Source of the DNA: Antedon mediterranea
Lineage: Eukaryota > Animalia > Echinodermata
Length of the DNA stretch: 64,000 nucleotides
Assembly (NCBI RefSeq): GCF_964355755.1
Contig: NC_092670.1
Coordinates: 13,254,795 to 13,318,794 of the forward strand
Direction of reading: 5' to 3'
Within the stretch, counting starts at the first letter, position 1. Every line of letters starts with the position of its first letter. The position numbers and the translations under genes were made by a program. Positions 42,301 to 55,000 of the stretch are shown in pieces. The notes below the pieces were generated by a model that ran no database searches, was not told the origin of the DNA, and saw only the letters and a list, made by a program, of their open reading frames with translations.

Positions 42301-44593
42301 AATTTTTAGACTTATACAAGTCAACTATATTGAAATCGAGAAGCTGTTTAATCTCAACGCAAATTATGTAAGTACAGAATTTGATTTTTTAAAGTTATCC
42401 TCGGCAATATGTCTAAATATATATGGAAAACAAATTTAAAGCAAATATTAAATACAAAATAAATATGTTCCCTTTTCTTTGTTACATTCAAACTATCTAC
42501 AATTACTTTACGTTTATTTATTGTTGTTTTTCAGGCGCTTTCTTCAGTAGAGGGTGGAAGCGGTCTTGGATTCTTTGAGTGGATGTGGTTGATCCTAGCC
42601 ATTCTCATTTTCTTGGCTGCTCTCATTGCAGCCATCCTCATGTGCTGCTGTGTAAGAAGGTAGGTAGGAAAAGAAAGAGATAGCTGGCTCGTCTGCTTGT
42701 GTCCTGTTGCTTGTTCGATTAGTTCAATTTTCATTTAATTTATTAGGAGAATTTTATTCAATAATGGTGACAGTTTTCTTACACAGATATTTATTACAAT
42801 TATATTTTTGACAAAAATATATATTTTCAATTACAGGAAAAAAGTGTTGAGAACTGATGAGCAATATTTAACACACTGGAAAGGGTAAGTAAATACCTTT
42901 ATATATGCATAATTATGTTTTACATTGATTTATTCAACACGATTTTGAAATTGAGATTAAATTGTTCAACTGAATAAATTTTTAATTCATTTTACATTTT
43001 CAGTAAAAAGGTTCGGAGGGTTGATGAATATGGCATGGATGTATTAAGTGGGTATGTTATTTACATTTACTATAATTGAGTAACTATATACACATAGTAG
43101 AACCAATCCTCAATCGGAACACCTCTATCCAAGGGACACTCCACTCAGAGAACGAGGACCAAATGTGTTTTAACACTTCAACCAAGATACACACACTTTG
43201 CTGGGTTGCAAAGGTATCTTTTTAATAGTGGTGGTGTAGTAGTAAACCCACAATCTATTTGGTTATCGAGTAAAAGCTCACACATTTATATTTTTTATAT
43301 TTATAGTGACTCTGGTATTGGTGCTGATGAGGCAGACGGACACAAGAACCTATATGAACTTCAGGTATGTGAAAGAAAGATTTATTTATCCAGAAGACAT
43401 ATTAATTGGAAAGGAATAAATTTAGGTGTATAGTTACCAAGAGCACTATTGGAAAACGGGTGTATGTTTTGAAATTATTAATATTTTGCTATATATTATC
43501 TGGTTTTCAGGAGGTAACATTGAATATGGATAATGACATTATTCAAGATAATCGTCAGATTCAGATGACATCATTCATTACGCCCAGCGGTGCAGCTGGT
43601 GGCTTGGCAAATGGAGCATATCGAAGTGCAGCTGCAGGTGGCTTAGTCAACGGTGGCTTAGTCAACGGTGGATATCAAAGCACTGCAGGTGGCTTAGTCA
43701 ATGGTGGATACCAAACATCTGCAGGTGGCTTCGTCAATGGTGGATACCAAGGAACTGGGGGTGGTTTTGTTAATGGTGCATATGTTGGAGAGGGATTAGT
43801 CAATGGAGGGTTCCACCGAAATGCAGAAGTTTCTCCTGCAGGAGGATATCAACGTCTAGATGATTCTGGTAGCATCGGTAACATCACTGTATCGTCTTTT
43901 GTTGGAGGTATACCATCAGGTGGAGCACACACTGTTTCTAGTAATACATTACATGTATCAAATCCTGGATATGGTCATAGTCAACAGAGTCTTCAGCAAA
44001 ATGGTGGGTCTGCTGCAGTTTTTGTGAGTAAACAAAGCTCTGTATCCTCGTACAACAATGGCTTGGATGTCACTCCTACAAGATATTCTGAGAGCAATCT
44101 GAGACGTGCTGGTTCTTCAAACTCTATATTTAGTGATGGTTCTGTTACCGTTAAAGTCGGACAACATAATAGCCAGGGGTCGGGACTGCTAACACGCACG
44201 CATTCCACAACTCCTCAATCGGGAGAATGGCTGCAGTCATCGACCATCCACGTTTCAGGGACCCCTCAAAAAGATGGTTTAATAACGGCAAAGAGTGAAC
44301 CAAACATACGACAAGATGACAACGGGTTTCAGAATTCCTTTCAGACCACTGTAGAAAAAAATAGTGTTTATAATGACAAAGATGGAGGGTCAGTTCGAGA
44401 AGAATATACCCGCACAGACACAACTACGGCACATAGGCTACCTGCCGGGGCTTTTGGTGGTAACCTGAGCACGTCAATGTTACAGAATTTACACTTTCAC
44501 GACATCTCGGATGACGACGATGACGATCCGAAAGACCGTTATGCATACGCATACAATGTAGATGATAGACTTAGTCTTAGCGACTCAGATTAA
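4993..44593 (+). CDS. CDH23: Giant cadherin-23-like transmembrane protein (multi-exon, roughly 5,000+ aa) with an N-terminal EGF/CUB/novel-domain extension
   Basis: GT-AG exons from ATG 4993 to TAA 44591-44593; junction phases were compatible wherever checked. Motifs match vertebrate CDH23 as I recall it: EC1 NTAPFF, DVQDSDPVFVNLPY, LINENDNSP, VKASS...FAAVAIDATVG...DPDIG, and the membrane-adjacent ERVILII...EEELTELLSNITGG. Strict orthology is not proven. Confidence 0.82.
5370..5528. mobile_element. PIF/Harbinger (Tourist)-type MITE
   Basis: Inverted termini agctctgtttacactatcaa / ttgatagtgtagacacagct flanked by a TTA duplication (5367-5369, 5529-5531). Related partial copies at ~38260-38360, ~55605-55690 and ~60470-60613. 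Confidence 0.75.
5712..8190 (+). CDS. EGF (5712-5831), CUB (6377-6739), EGF (7648-7764) and EGF (8077-8190) exons
   Basis: CDSSPCRNGATC...C; CG...SPNYPSNY...SFTSD..GW.LSY (CUB); CATNPCENGGSC...; CLPNPCLNGAC.... All are phase 1-1 exons. Confidence 0.9.
7085..7500 (-). mobile_element. 5'-truncated L2/CR1-clade LINE 3' end
   Basis: Minus strand reads a degenerate LWNALP..IR...TVDTF..LLKTHLF (ORF2 C-terminus), then a 3' UTR ending tgcgccttgagcactc...ctataaaaatc and (TTA)n. Confidence 0.7.
8363..10742 (+). CDS. Four exons each encoding one copy of an unrecognised ~140-aa domain (8363-8791, 8975-9397, 9656-10081, 10329-10742)
   Basis: Shared pattern GVxI...GxxLW...(D/N)GxG...C-x4/5-(Y/F)-x-C...(P)D(F/Y)xL...CxxVxC; phase 1-1 GT-AG exons. 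Confidence 0.85.
11067..11653 (+). CDS. Two EGF exons (11067-11180 and 11531-11653; the second resembles a calcium-binding EGF)
   Basis: CDAIPCQNEGVC...CTCAPGWTGGTC and VDNCNPNPCANGGQCVNELDRFTCIC...; phase 1-1. Confidence 0.9.
11795..13512 (+). CDS. Three further exons of the same unrecognised domain (11795-12214, 12467-12883, 13090-13512)
   Basis: Same GxxLW, YxC and terminal CxxVxC pattern; phase 1-1. Confidence 0.85.
14137..40960 (+). CDS. Extracellular cadherin repeat region (~32 EC repeats over many short exons)
   Basis: Recurrent PE/xE, LDRE/LDYE, DxD and DxNDNxP motifs; 31 inter-repeat linkers counted by eye. Confidence 0.9.
18295..18380 (+). mobile_element. Short 3'-tail copy of the same LINE family with an (ATT)n tail
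   Basis: tgcgccttgagcactctagagtggtatgtgcactataaaaatc is nearly the reverse complement of 7100-7145. Confidence 0.7.
31031..31071 (+). ncRNA. Minimal type I hammerhead ribozyme motif, Penelope-like-element type
   Basis: ttgca-CTGATGA-a-gggc(tagtgtt)gccc-GAAA-gc-TC-tgcta: intact core, 4-bp stem II, minimal stem III, short stem I. Lies in a ~135-bp insert bounded by (TA)n tracts. Confidence 0.65.
38920..39552 (+). repeat. Diverged tandem duplication within a cadherin intron, separated by (TA)n
   Basis: aatgataaacaataaagaagcat...gtcgcatatc...ctccactat.ctatgtgttaattttatata occurs at ~38921-39298 and ~39346-39551. Confidence 0.8.
41219..42367 (+). CDS. Membrane-adjacent domain (MAD, SEA/ferredoxin-like) exons
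   Basis: Spliced sequence VSLLTKDERVILIIDASVDTVRSKEEELTELLSNITGGMAVIDSIETYIDADG...FHVINQETG...LIQVNYIEIEKLF resembles the CDH23 MAD28 domain. Confidence 0.8.
42535..42659 (+). CDS. Transmembrane exon
   Basis: FFEWMWLILAILIFLAALIAAILMCCCVRR, followed by basic residues (RKK) in the next exon. Confidence 0.9.
42837..44593 (+). CDS. Cytoplasmic tail exons (42837-42884, 43004-43051, 43307-43364, 43511-44593)
   Basis: Phase-compatible small exons join a ~360-aa Gly/Ser-rich terminal exon ending LSLSDSD*. Candidate AATAAA at 44874. Confidence 0.8.
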
Positions 44594-45479
44594 TTTATTT
44601 TACTATTTATAACAGTAATAACAAAAGGAAAATAATGAATATAAGTAGGATCGAATATGTAGTTTAGAATTCTTCAAATATAATGCAAAGGAGATATTGT
44701 ATTTTATTATTATAAACATTTTATTTACGTATTACGTATTTTAAGATTGTTTTCAGATATAATCGGTATTATTGGTAATTAATTTGTAACAACTGAATTT
44801 AAATATTAATAGTAGTAGTTAGATATAACCTATAACCTAGTCTGGGTTCCAGACGGAGTTTTGACTTAATATTAATAAAAAGATAACTATTTTGGCACAT
44901 ATGGAGTTTCGTACGTATACTACTTGAGCTTGTACTTCAGACAAACATCGAAAAGCCTCGAAATAACTACAGACTTGGGGCAAGTGTACCTATAAATTGT
45001 AGTCCGTACAGTTATAGTAAATGAGTAGTGTAGTGTATCCGTAATTTATATAAAAAGGGCTACTGATTTACCACAATTGTAAAAAATTACATCTTAAATG
45101 TTTACATTGGTTTATTTAAAATAAAAATAAAATGGGTGGTCGATGGGGCCTCCAAGTAATTACCCATTAAGTTAGTCCTCTATTAGGTACCTCTAAAAAA
45201 TTTTTAGTTGATGGTAGACCTACTGAAATGATGTCGGAAATACGATGAGATAAGAGGTTACCAAATCACCTTTGACGCATTTTAAGACACATCAGTGTCT
45301 CAATAGTGGTTAATTTAGACACACTGAACATGGCAATATTAAGTAACAATGTACATAATTAGTATTTCAATTTTTTACAATAAATATTGGAATTGTGTAT
45401 TGTCATATTTGCTGGATCTATACAATGTGTGTGGAGCCTTTCGAGCCAAAACCAAGAAACCCTTTCGAAATGACAAAAT

Positions 45480-46210
45480 TATCGTCGAAAAGGGCAAAAA
45501 TAATATTAGTACTTATTTTATCGAAAAGGTAGGCCTAACATGCGTAGAACACAATATGGGATTCTAAGGATATCAATTATAATATAGTAACAAGTAATGT
45601 CAAAAAATAAAAGCTTCGTAATTTGGCCATTTTTCAACAAATTTTTCCTCTATTATATGACAGAGATTTTTCGAAAAATTGAAAAAATATCTACTTTTTA
45701 AGATATGCTGAGGTAACATGCGCAGAAAACATTATGTGATTCTGCGCATGTCAATTATGATATAATAATCTAGTTCAATATGTTGAGGTAACATGCGCAG
45801 AATCACATCCATTATGTGATAATTTGCGCATGTTATAGTAAACAGTTATATCAAAAAATAAAAGGGTCGAAATTTGGTAATTTCCCTGTACTATATCGAT
45901 ATTTTAAAATTCAATTATAATGCATTATATATATATTGCCATATATGCGCATATATTGCGTTATCATCATTTTATAGAGTCATACGGTAGTAACCAGTTA
46001 TGTAACGAAATAAAAGTGTCGAAATTTGGTCATTTTTCGAAAATTTTCCTGTACTATTAGCCTATAGTACAGGGATTTTTTCAAAAATTGCCAAAATATT
46101 GACTTTTTAAAATTCAATTATTATGCATTAATATTGCCATATATGCGCATTATATTGTCATATATGCGCATTATATTGCGTTATCATCATTTTAAAGAGT
46201 CATAGTAACT
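45480..46210. repeat. Degenerate copies of the same satellite family
   Basis: Recognisable acatgcgcagaa...tgcgcatgt and aaaataaaagggtcgaaatttgg...tagtacagggattttt modules. Confidence 0.8.
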
Positions 46211-46779
46211 ATTAACGACTCAACTGACAAATTTTAAAAAAATCACTATTTTATTTTTTTGGGCTATTTAGGGAATGATATACCTTGTGGTATATTCAGA
46301 TATTCACAATTTTAACTAGAAATATGAAATTAAAAAATCAAAATACCACTCAATTAAAAGTGTGTGTTACTATTGTCACCAAAGACTAACTCCACTACAA
46401 ATGCCATGAAAGATTCACTCAAATGACATATTAACACCTATTTTGTCATAGGAAACCCTTTCAAGTGCACAACAATGGTGTTAATTGCACAGCAAACTGT
46501 GTAATGTTGTTAAAATGATTGTCATTATTTTATTCAATACTCACTTAAACTTGTTTAGTTATTATTAGAGTATTAATATTAGAATTAAATACCCCGGAGA
46601 AATTATGTGAACACCGTAATGATATTATTATTGAATATTCTCACAATACTTAAACTAAAGTAAAAATACAAAAAACAATTAAATGAAAAACAATATTTTA
46701 AACTTATTTTTAGTTACAAATCTATGTACACACTAAATATATACAGAAATAGTGTAGTGTCTGTAGGCCTACAAAAACA

Positions 46780-49700
46780 TTAGTAACCATTTATGTCAAA
46801 AGTGGTTACTATAGCTCAATTGACATGCGCAAAACCCATTATTCGACTTTGCGCATGTTTACTATACTATAGTAACCATTTATGTCAAAAAATAAAAGGG
46901 TCGAAAATCGGCCATTTTACGAAAATTTCCATGTACTATAGCACAGGGATTTTTCAAAAAATGGGAAATTTTCGACCTTTTTATTTTTCGATAAAACTGC
47001 TTACTATAGCTCAATTGACATGCACAGAACCCATTATTCGCCTCTGCACATGTTTATTATACTATAGTAACCATTTATGTAAAAAAAAAAAAAGGGTCGA
47101 AAATCGGCCATTTTATGAAAATTTCCATGTACTATAGCACAGGGATTTTTCAAAAAATGGCAAATTTTCGACCTTTTTATTTTTCGATAAAACTGCTTAC
47201 TATAGCACAATTGACATGCGCAAAACCCATTATTCGCCTTTGCGCATGTTTATTATACTGTAGTAACCATTTATGTCAAAAAATAAGGGTCGAAAATCGG
47301 CCATTTTACGAAAATTTCCTTGTACTATATATAGTACAGGGATTTTATCATAAAATTTTTATTTTTCGATAAAACTGGTTACTATAGCACAATTGACATG
47401 CGCAGAACCCATTATTCGACTCTGCGCATGTTTATTATACTATAGTAACCATTTATGTCAAAAGTGGTTACTATAGCTCAATTGACATGTGCAGAACCCA
47501 TTATTCGACTCTGCGCATGTTTATTATACTGTAGTAACCATTTATGTCAAAAAATAAAAGGGTCGAAAAACGGCCATTTTTCGAAAATTTCCATGTACTA
47601 TAGCACAGGGATTTTCCAAAAAATGGCAAATTTTTGACTTTTTAATTTTTCGATAAAACTGGTTACAAAAGCACAATTGACATGCGCAGAACCCATTATT
47701 CGACTCTGCGCATGTTTATTATACTATAGTAACCATTTATGTCAACAAATAAAAGGGTCGAAAATCGGCCATTTTACGAAAATTTCCCTGTACTATAGTA
47801 CAGGGATTTTTCAAAAAATGTCAAATTTTCGACCTTATTATTTTTCAATAAAACTGGTTACTATAGCACAATTGACATGCGCAGAACCCATTATTCGCCT
47901 CTGCGCATGTTTATTATACTGTAGTAACCAATTATGTCAAAAAATAAATGGGTCGAAAATCGGCCATTTTACGAAATGGCAAATTTTCGACTTTTAAATT
48001 TTTCGATAAAACTGGTTACTATAGCACAATTGACATGCGCAGAACCCATTATTCGACTCTGCGCATGTTTATTATACTATAGTAACCATTTATGTCAAAA
48101 GTGGTTACTATAGCTCAATTGACATGCGCAGAACCCATTATTCGACTCTGCGCATGTTTATTATACTGTAGTAACCATTTATGTCAAAAAATAAAAGGGT
48201 CGAAAAACGGCCATTTTTCGAAAATTTTCGACCTTAATATTTTTCAATAAAACTGGTTACTATAGCACAATTGACATGCGCAGAACCCATTATTCGCCTC
48301 TGCGCATGTTTATTATACTGTAGTAACCATTTATGTCAAAAAATAAATGGGTCGAAAATCGGCCATTTTACGAAAATTTCCCCGTACTATAGCACAGGGA
48401 TTTTTCAAAAAATGGCAAATTTTCGACCTTTTTATTTTTCGATAAAACTGCTTACTATAGCACAATTGACATGCGCAGAACCCATTATTCGCCTTTGCGC
48501 ACGTTTATTATACTGTAGTAACCATTTATGTCAAAAAATAAAAGGGTCGAAAAACGGCCATTTTTCGAAAATTTCCATGTACTATAGCACAGGGATTTTC
48601 CAAAAATGGCAAATTTTCGACTTTTTAATTTTTCGATAAAACTGGTTACAAAAACACAATTGACATGCGCAGAACCCATTATTCGACTCTGCGCATGTTT
48701 ATTATACTATAGTAACCATTTATGTCAACAAATAAAAGGGTCGAAAATCGGCCATTTTACGAAAATTTCCATGTACTATAGCACAGGGATTTTCCAAAAA
48801 ATGGCAAATTTTCGACTTTTTAATTTTTCGATAAAACTGGTTACAAAAGCACAATTGACATGCGCAGAACCCATTATTCGACTCTGCGCATGTTTATTAT
48901 ACTATAGTAACCATTTATGTCAACAAATAAAAGGGTCGAAAATCGGACATTTTACGAAAATTTCCTTGTACTATAGTACAGGGATTTTTCAAAAAATGTC
49001 AAATTTTCGACCTTATTATTTTTCAATAAAACTGGTTACTATAGCACAATTGACATGCGCAGAACCCATTATTTGCCTCTGCGCATGTTTATTATACTGT
49101 AGTAACCATTTATGTCAAAAAATAAATGGGTCGAAAATCGGCCATTTTACGAAATGGCAAATTTTCGACTTTTAAATTTTTCGATAAAACTGGTTACTAT
49201 AGCACAATTGACATGCGCAGAACCCATTATTCGACTCTGCGCATGTTTATTATACTATAGTAACCATTTATGTCAAAAGTGGTTACTATAGCTCAATTGA
49301 CATGCGCAGAACCCATTATTCGACTCTGCGCATGTTTATTATACTGTAGTAACCATTTATGTCAAAAAATAAAAGGGTCGAAAAACGGCCATTTTTCGAA
49401 AATTTTCGACCTTAATATTTTTCAATAAAACTGGTTACTATAGCACAATTGACATGCGCAGAACCCATTATTCGCCTCTGCGCATGTTTATTATACTGTA
49501 GTAACCATTTATGTCAAAAAATAAATGGGTCGAAAATCGGCCATTTTACGAAAATTTCCCCGTACTATAGCACAGGGATTTTTCAAAAAATGGCAAATTT
49601 TCGACCTTTTTATTTTTCGATAAAACTGCTTACTATAGCACAATTGACATGCGCAGAACCCATTATTCGCCTTTGCGCACGTTTATTATACTGTAGTAAC

Positions 49701-51700
49701 CATTTATGTCAAAAAATAAAAGGGTCGAAAAACGGCCATTTTTCGAAAATTTCCATGTACTATAGCACAGGGATTTTCCAAAAATGGTAAATTTTCGACT
49801 TTTTAATTTTTCGATAAAACTGGTTACAAAAACACAATTGACATGCGCAGAACCCATTATTCGACTCTGCGCATGTTTATTATACTATAGTAACCATTTA
49901 TGTCAACAAATAAAAGGGTCGAAAATCGGCCATTTTACGAAAATTTCCATGTACTATAGCACAGGGATTTTCCAAAAAATGGCAAATTTTCGACTTTTTA
50001 ATTTTTCGATAAAACTGGTTACAAAAGCACAATTGACATGCGCAGAACCCATTATTCGACTCTGCGCATGTTTATTATACTATAGTAACCATTTATGTCA
50101 ACAAATAAAAGGGTCGAAAATCGGACATTTTACGAAAATTTCCTTGTACTATAGTACAGGGATTTTTCAAAAAATGTCAAATTTTCGACCTTATTATTTT
50201 TCAATAAAACTGGTTACTATAGCACAATTGACATGCGCAGAACCCATTATTTGCCTCTGCGCATGTTTATTATACTGTAGTAACCATTTATGTCAAAAAA
50301 TAAATGGGTCGAAAATCGGCCATTTTACGAAAATTTCCCTGTACTATAGTACAGGGATTTTTCATAAAATGGCAAATTTTCGACTTTTTAATTTTTCGAT
50401 AAAACTGGTTACTATAGCACAATTGACATGCGCAGAACCCATTATTTGACTCTGCGCATGTTTATTATACTATAGTAACCATTTATGTCAAAAGTGGTTA
50501 CTATAGCTCAATTGACATGCGCAGAACCCATTATTCGACTCTGCGCATGTTTATTATACTGTAGTAACCATTTATGTCAAAAAATAAAAGGGTCGAAAAA
50601 CGGCCATTTTTCCAAAATTTCCATGTACTATAGCACAGGGATTTTCAAAAAAATGGCAAATTTTCGACTTTTTTATTTTTCGATAAAACTGGTTACTACA
50701 GCACAATTGACATGCGCAGAACCCATTATTCGTCTCTGCGCATGTTTATTATACTATAGTAACCATTTATGTCAAAAGTGGTTACTATAGCTCAATTGAC
50801 ATGCGCAGAACCCATTATTCGACTCTGCGCATATTTATTATACTATAGTAACCATTTATGTCAAAAAATAAAAGGGTCTAAAATCGGCCATTTTACAAAA
50901 ATTTCCAGGGATTTTTAAAAAAAAAGCAAATTTTCGACCTTTTTATTTTTCAATAAAACTGGTTACTATAGCACAATTGACATGCGCAGAACCCATTATT
51001 CGACTCTACGCATGTTTATTATACTATAGTAACCATTTATGTCAAAAGTGGTTACTATAGCTCAATTGACATGCGCAGAACCCATTAATCGACTCTGCGT
51101 ATGTTTATTATACTATAGTAACCATTTATGTCAAAAACGAAAAGGGTCGAAAATCGGCCATTTTACAAAAATTTCCCTGTACTATAGTACAGGGATTTTT
51201 CAAAAAATGGCATATTTTCGACCTTTTTATTTTTTGATAAAACTGGTTACTACAGCACAATTGACATGCGCAGAACCCATTATTCGACTCTGCGCATGTT
51301 TATTATACTATAGTAACCATTTATCTAAACAAATAAAAGGGTAAAAAAACGGACAATTTTGCGAAAATTTCCATGTACTATAGCACAGGGATTTTCCAAA
51401 AAATGGCAAATTTTCGACTTTTTTATTTTTCGAAAAAAATGGTTACCATAGCACAATTGTCATGCGCAGAACCCATTATTCGACTTTGCGCATGTTTATT
51501 ATACTATAGTAACCATTTATGTCAAAAGTGGTTACAAAAAATAAAAGGGTCGAAAATCGGCCATTTTTCGAAAATTTCCCTGTACTATATATAGTACAGA
51601 GTTTTTTTCAAAAATGGCCCAAATATCGACATTTTAAAATTCATTTATTATGCAATAATATTGCCATATGCGCATATATTGCGTTATCATCATGTTATAG
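46780..51700. repeat. Tandem repeat array: 195-bp monomer (89-bp hairpin A plus ~106-bp hairpin B) with a 1178-bp higher-order repeat
   Basis: 65-codon periodicity in the ORF track; near-identical ORFs offset by exactly 1178 bp (48271/49449, 48485/49663, 48606/49784). Confidence 0.95.
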
Positions 51701-52045
51701 TCATAGTCCCCTTGTTTGTAAAAAAACAAAAGGTCTAACTTTGGTCATTTTCCGATAAATTGCCAAAATATCTACTTTTTAAGATACGTTGAGGTAATAT
51801 GTGATTCTTTGCATGTTCATTATTTACTTAAAATACTATTTACACCGGTAACATAATAGTTACATACTAAAATTGTCATATTTCAGTTTTATTTAATGTT
51901 TATTCTACAATTGACAAAGTGTACATGATAATAACAATAGAAAAGTTTTATTAAATCATATTTCTAATATAAATATTATTCAAATACTTTTAATTCAATA
52001 CAAAATCATTTCTGCATTGAAGGTATATTTCCAGTTTAAATCAAA

Positions 52046-55000
52046 TCAATTCTGTTGCTGTGGAAACTGATCTGGTATCGAATGAAGATAATTGTTTTGT
52101 TGTTGCTCAAGATCGTGTGACGACAGAAAAAATAAAGGAACATAGGTAACTTTACCATCTTCCCATACCTAGTTACAAAAATAAAACTTTGTACTGTAAT
52201 TAATGTATATATGTTAAATGGGGGAATATTTTCAGAGGTTGAATGTGCGACTGTTCAAATTAACAAAAACACCATGTGAATAGGAATTGAATACAAAGTA
52301 AAGTAATACTAACCATTGTTAATAATGCACCTTCGTTAAAAGTTGGCTCAAAACTAAACATCTGCAAAATGTTACCAGGTTCACCTTGAACAAAACCACT
52401 AAACCAGAAAACAAATCGACATTATTAAATATTATTAGTGGTTGGGAAACCAAGGTATAAGATTTGATTGCCCTCCACACTTTTTAGTTTTGTTCACCTT
52501 AATCTTGTTGTAAGATTTGTACAAAAAAAAATATGAATAAAGAACTCGCAGTTATTCCCCCTTTTGATTTATGAAAATTTTTAAAAAACAGAAAGTCAAA
52601 AATAGAACAACAATGATAAATTATGAAATAAATACAAATAATGTTTTTCTCAAGTTTCTTTTCAGTTGTAAAACTCACATTGGAATGAGCTCAAGTAGTT
52701 GCATTTGTCTGACATTAAACAGCGCCACCAAACTTGACAGGTTATCATTTTTCTCATTAGGCTTGAATGATACAGCTAACCTCTCCCCAGTCTCATTCAA
52801 AACCATATCTTGTACAAGGCCTCCAATCCTTTGAAAATAAAATTTACTCTCCACATTACAAACAGTAAACAATCACATACATAAGATTATTTCCACAGAA
52901 TATCTAAATGTATGTAGATACAGTATGTACACATTTTACTAAAAAAATAAACATACTTGATAACTTCATCTTCCTGATCGTAAGCAATTTCTGATAGGTC
53001 AGCGCAAACAATGGCTGCTTTTGATCCACCAATCAGATCCGTTGTACTTTCTTTGTTAAATTTAAGAGAGTATATGATTGGTTCATTCTCAGTTGCAAAC
53101 AACAGCATTCTGCCATCAGGACTCCAGCAAGCTGCTTGGCAGCGACCGTTCAACTGCGTCCAACGTTCACACTGCCATGTTTGTGTTTCCCATACTCTAA
53201 AAATATAGTTTAAAAAACAAAGTATTCATAGAAATTAATCGTTTGTTCAAGATATCAAGAAAATGTTTGGGACAAGGAATTAAACAGTTAATATTATTAT
53301 TGAGGTGGTTACTACCTTCCAAATTGGCAACTCTCTTCACCCTTAATATGCAGCTAGTTAATAGATAACCCTAACCCTATTTATACACATTTTCGTATCA
53401 AAGACATTTACTGACCTGAACATTTGCGATGGTGTAGCTGCAAAAAGTCTTTCCCCATCAGGTGACCATCTTAAATGAGATACTCCTCCGCCACCAAATC
53501 GACGAAGAACAGTACATGCACCTTTTGCAACATCCCAAATCTGCAATAAAAAACAAATTAACTATGCTAAAATAATGAAAACAAACATTATGAGCTCTAC
53601 ACAAACAAAGTCTTTGGAAGTGGAGTTTTTTTGTCATGAGAAAAATCCAGGATTTGAACCCTGGAGTACACTTGAATTGAAAGGCAAGATTCTAAACCAC
53701 CAAGCTATAATTCCACTTCAATTATTCACAAAGGTGAGAATCATACTCTAATCAGTATGGTCTTATTATATAAGTCTGAGTCTTACCAACATGGCCGTAT
53801 CACTAGGTGAAGCAGATGCAAGTAAACCTCCTTTTGGATCCCATGCTAATGAGGTCACTGGACCGTGACCTTGGTATGCCAACACTTGTGCTGCACTTGC
53901 TGCTGGCCTTGAATGAAAAAAATTAAATGATACGTAAAAGAATTAAATTACATGAAAGCTGTGAAGACAAACAACTGGCATGTATAATGCAAGTTTCACT
54001 CCGAGTGAACTGAAAAATCACTCACTTAGCACACCCCAAAAATGGCCTTAAGGTGTGCGGTTTACAGCACACTTACATTTGGTAAACTCCTACAAACTCA
54101 GATAAAAACAGCACACTACAGCACACCTGCGATTTTCGAAAGACAAGGCCTGACAGCCCTGTTTATCATAAAAAAAATGTCATCTATTCATAGAAGTACT
54201 GATGAAGAAACTGTACCTGGTGACTATAGAATGGGTACCAGAAATTTAGTTGATAGAAGATAAGAGATTGTACTGTAGGGTGACTTCAGGAGATATTATA
54301 TTACTAGATATTATACACCAGAATTAAATGTCAACCCTAAAATATTAGTACCTTGTTGATAATGATGAAGGATCAACTCTCCAAATTAGGATACAGGTTT
54401 TACAAGCAACAGCTAGCACTGAGGCAGAGTGGTGCTTCCAGGCCAAGGCAGACACACATTGTTGAAGGCGATGTTTAAGGTTAGACACAATTTCACTGTA
54501 AACCAATAAAAAGCAGAACATATATTATGCAATCCAACTAAATAACAATACTGTACAACAAGGGATTTTGGATATTATTGGAACGCTGTTGTATATTTAA
54601 ATCGGAGCATCAGTATGAAATTGAGGAGCAAGATGCTTAAAGCTGGAGCACTCAGTATTAAAATGTGTAGTTGAGTTAGACACTTGAGTATACTCATAAA
54701 TAAATAAGTTTCACATAGCTTTTGGGGTTACCTTTATGAAGAAATTATTTGACGTTTTAAAGTTAATTTTTAACTGGGGTTTTCCTTGAATAGGCCATAT
54801 AGGGTTCAAATATATATTGCCCTTTGTTCGTTTCACAATGAAAGGCATTTAAAGTTGTTTTTTTTTCAAATGGGTATACAGTAATATTTGTTTGCAAACA
54901 TTGCGCAAGTAGAGTTCAGCATATTTGAGTATTACCTTTTTCCAGAAAATATTTTCACAGAGTTGTCCTTGAGTGCAATAGCACATTTGGGTGTGTGCGG

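Noticed and set aside
46780-51700. CRISPR-like array (palindromic repeats)
   Set aside because: The intervening sequence is itself repeated rather than unique spacers; eukaryotic context and no cas genes.
46793-51758. Repetitive ORFs (MANFRLFNFSIK...CAEPIIRLCAC...)
   Set aside because: By-product of a 195-bp monomer that is a multiple of 3; frequent frameshifts and stops, and no splice structure.
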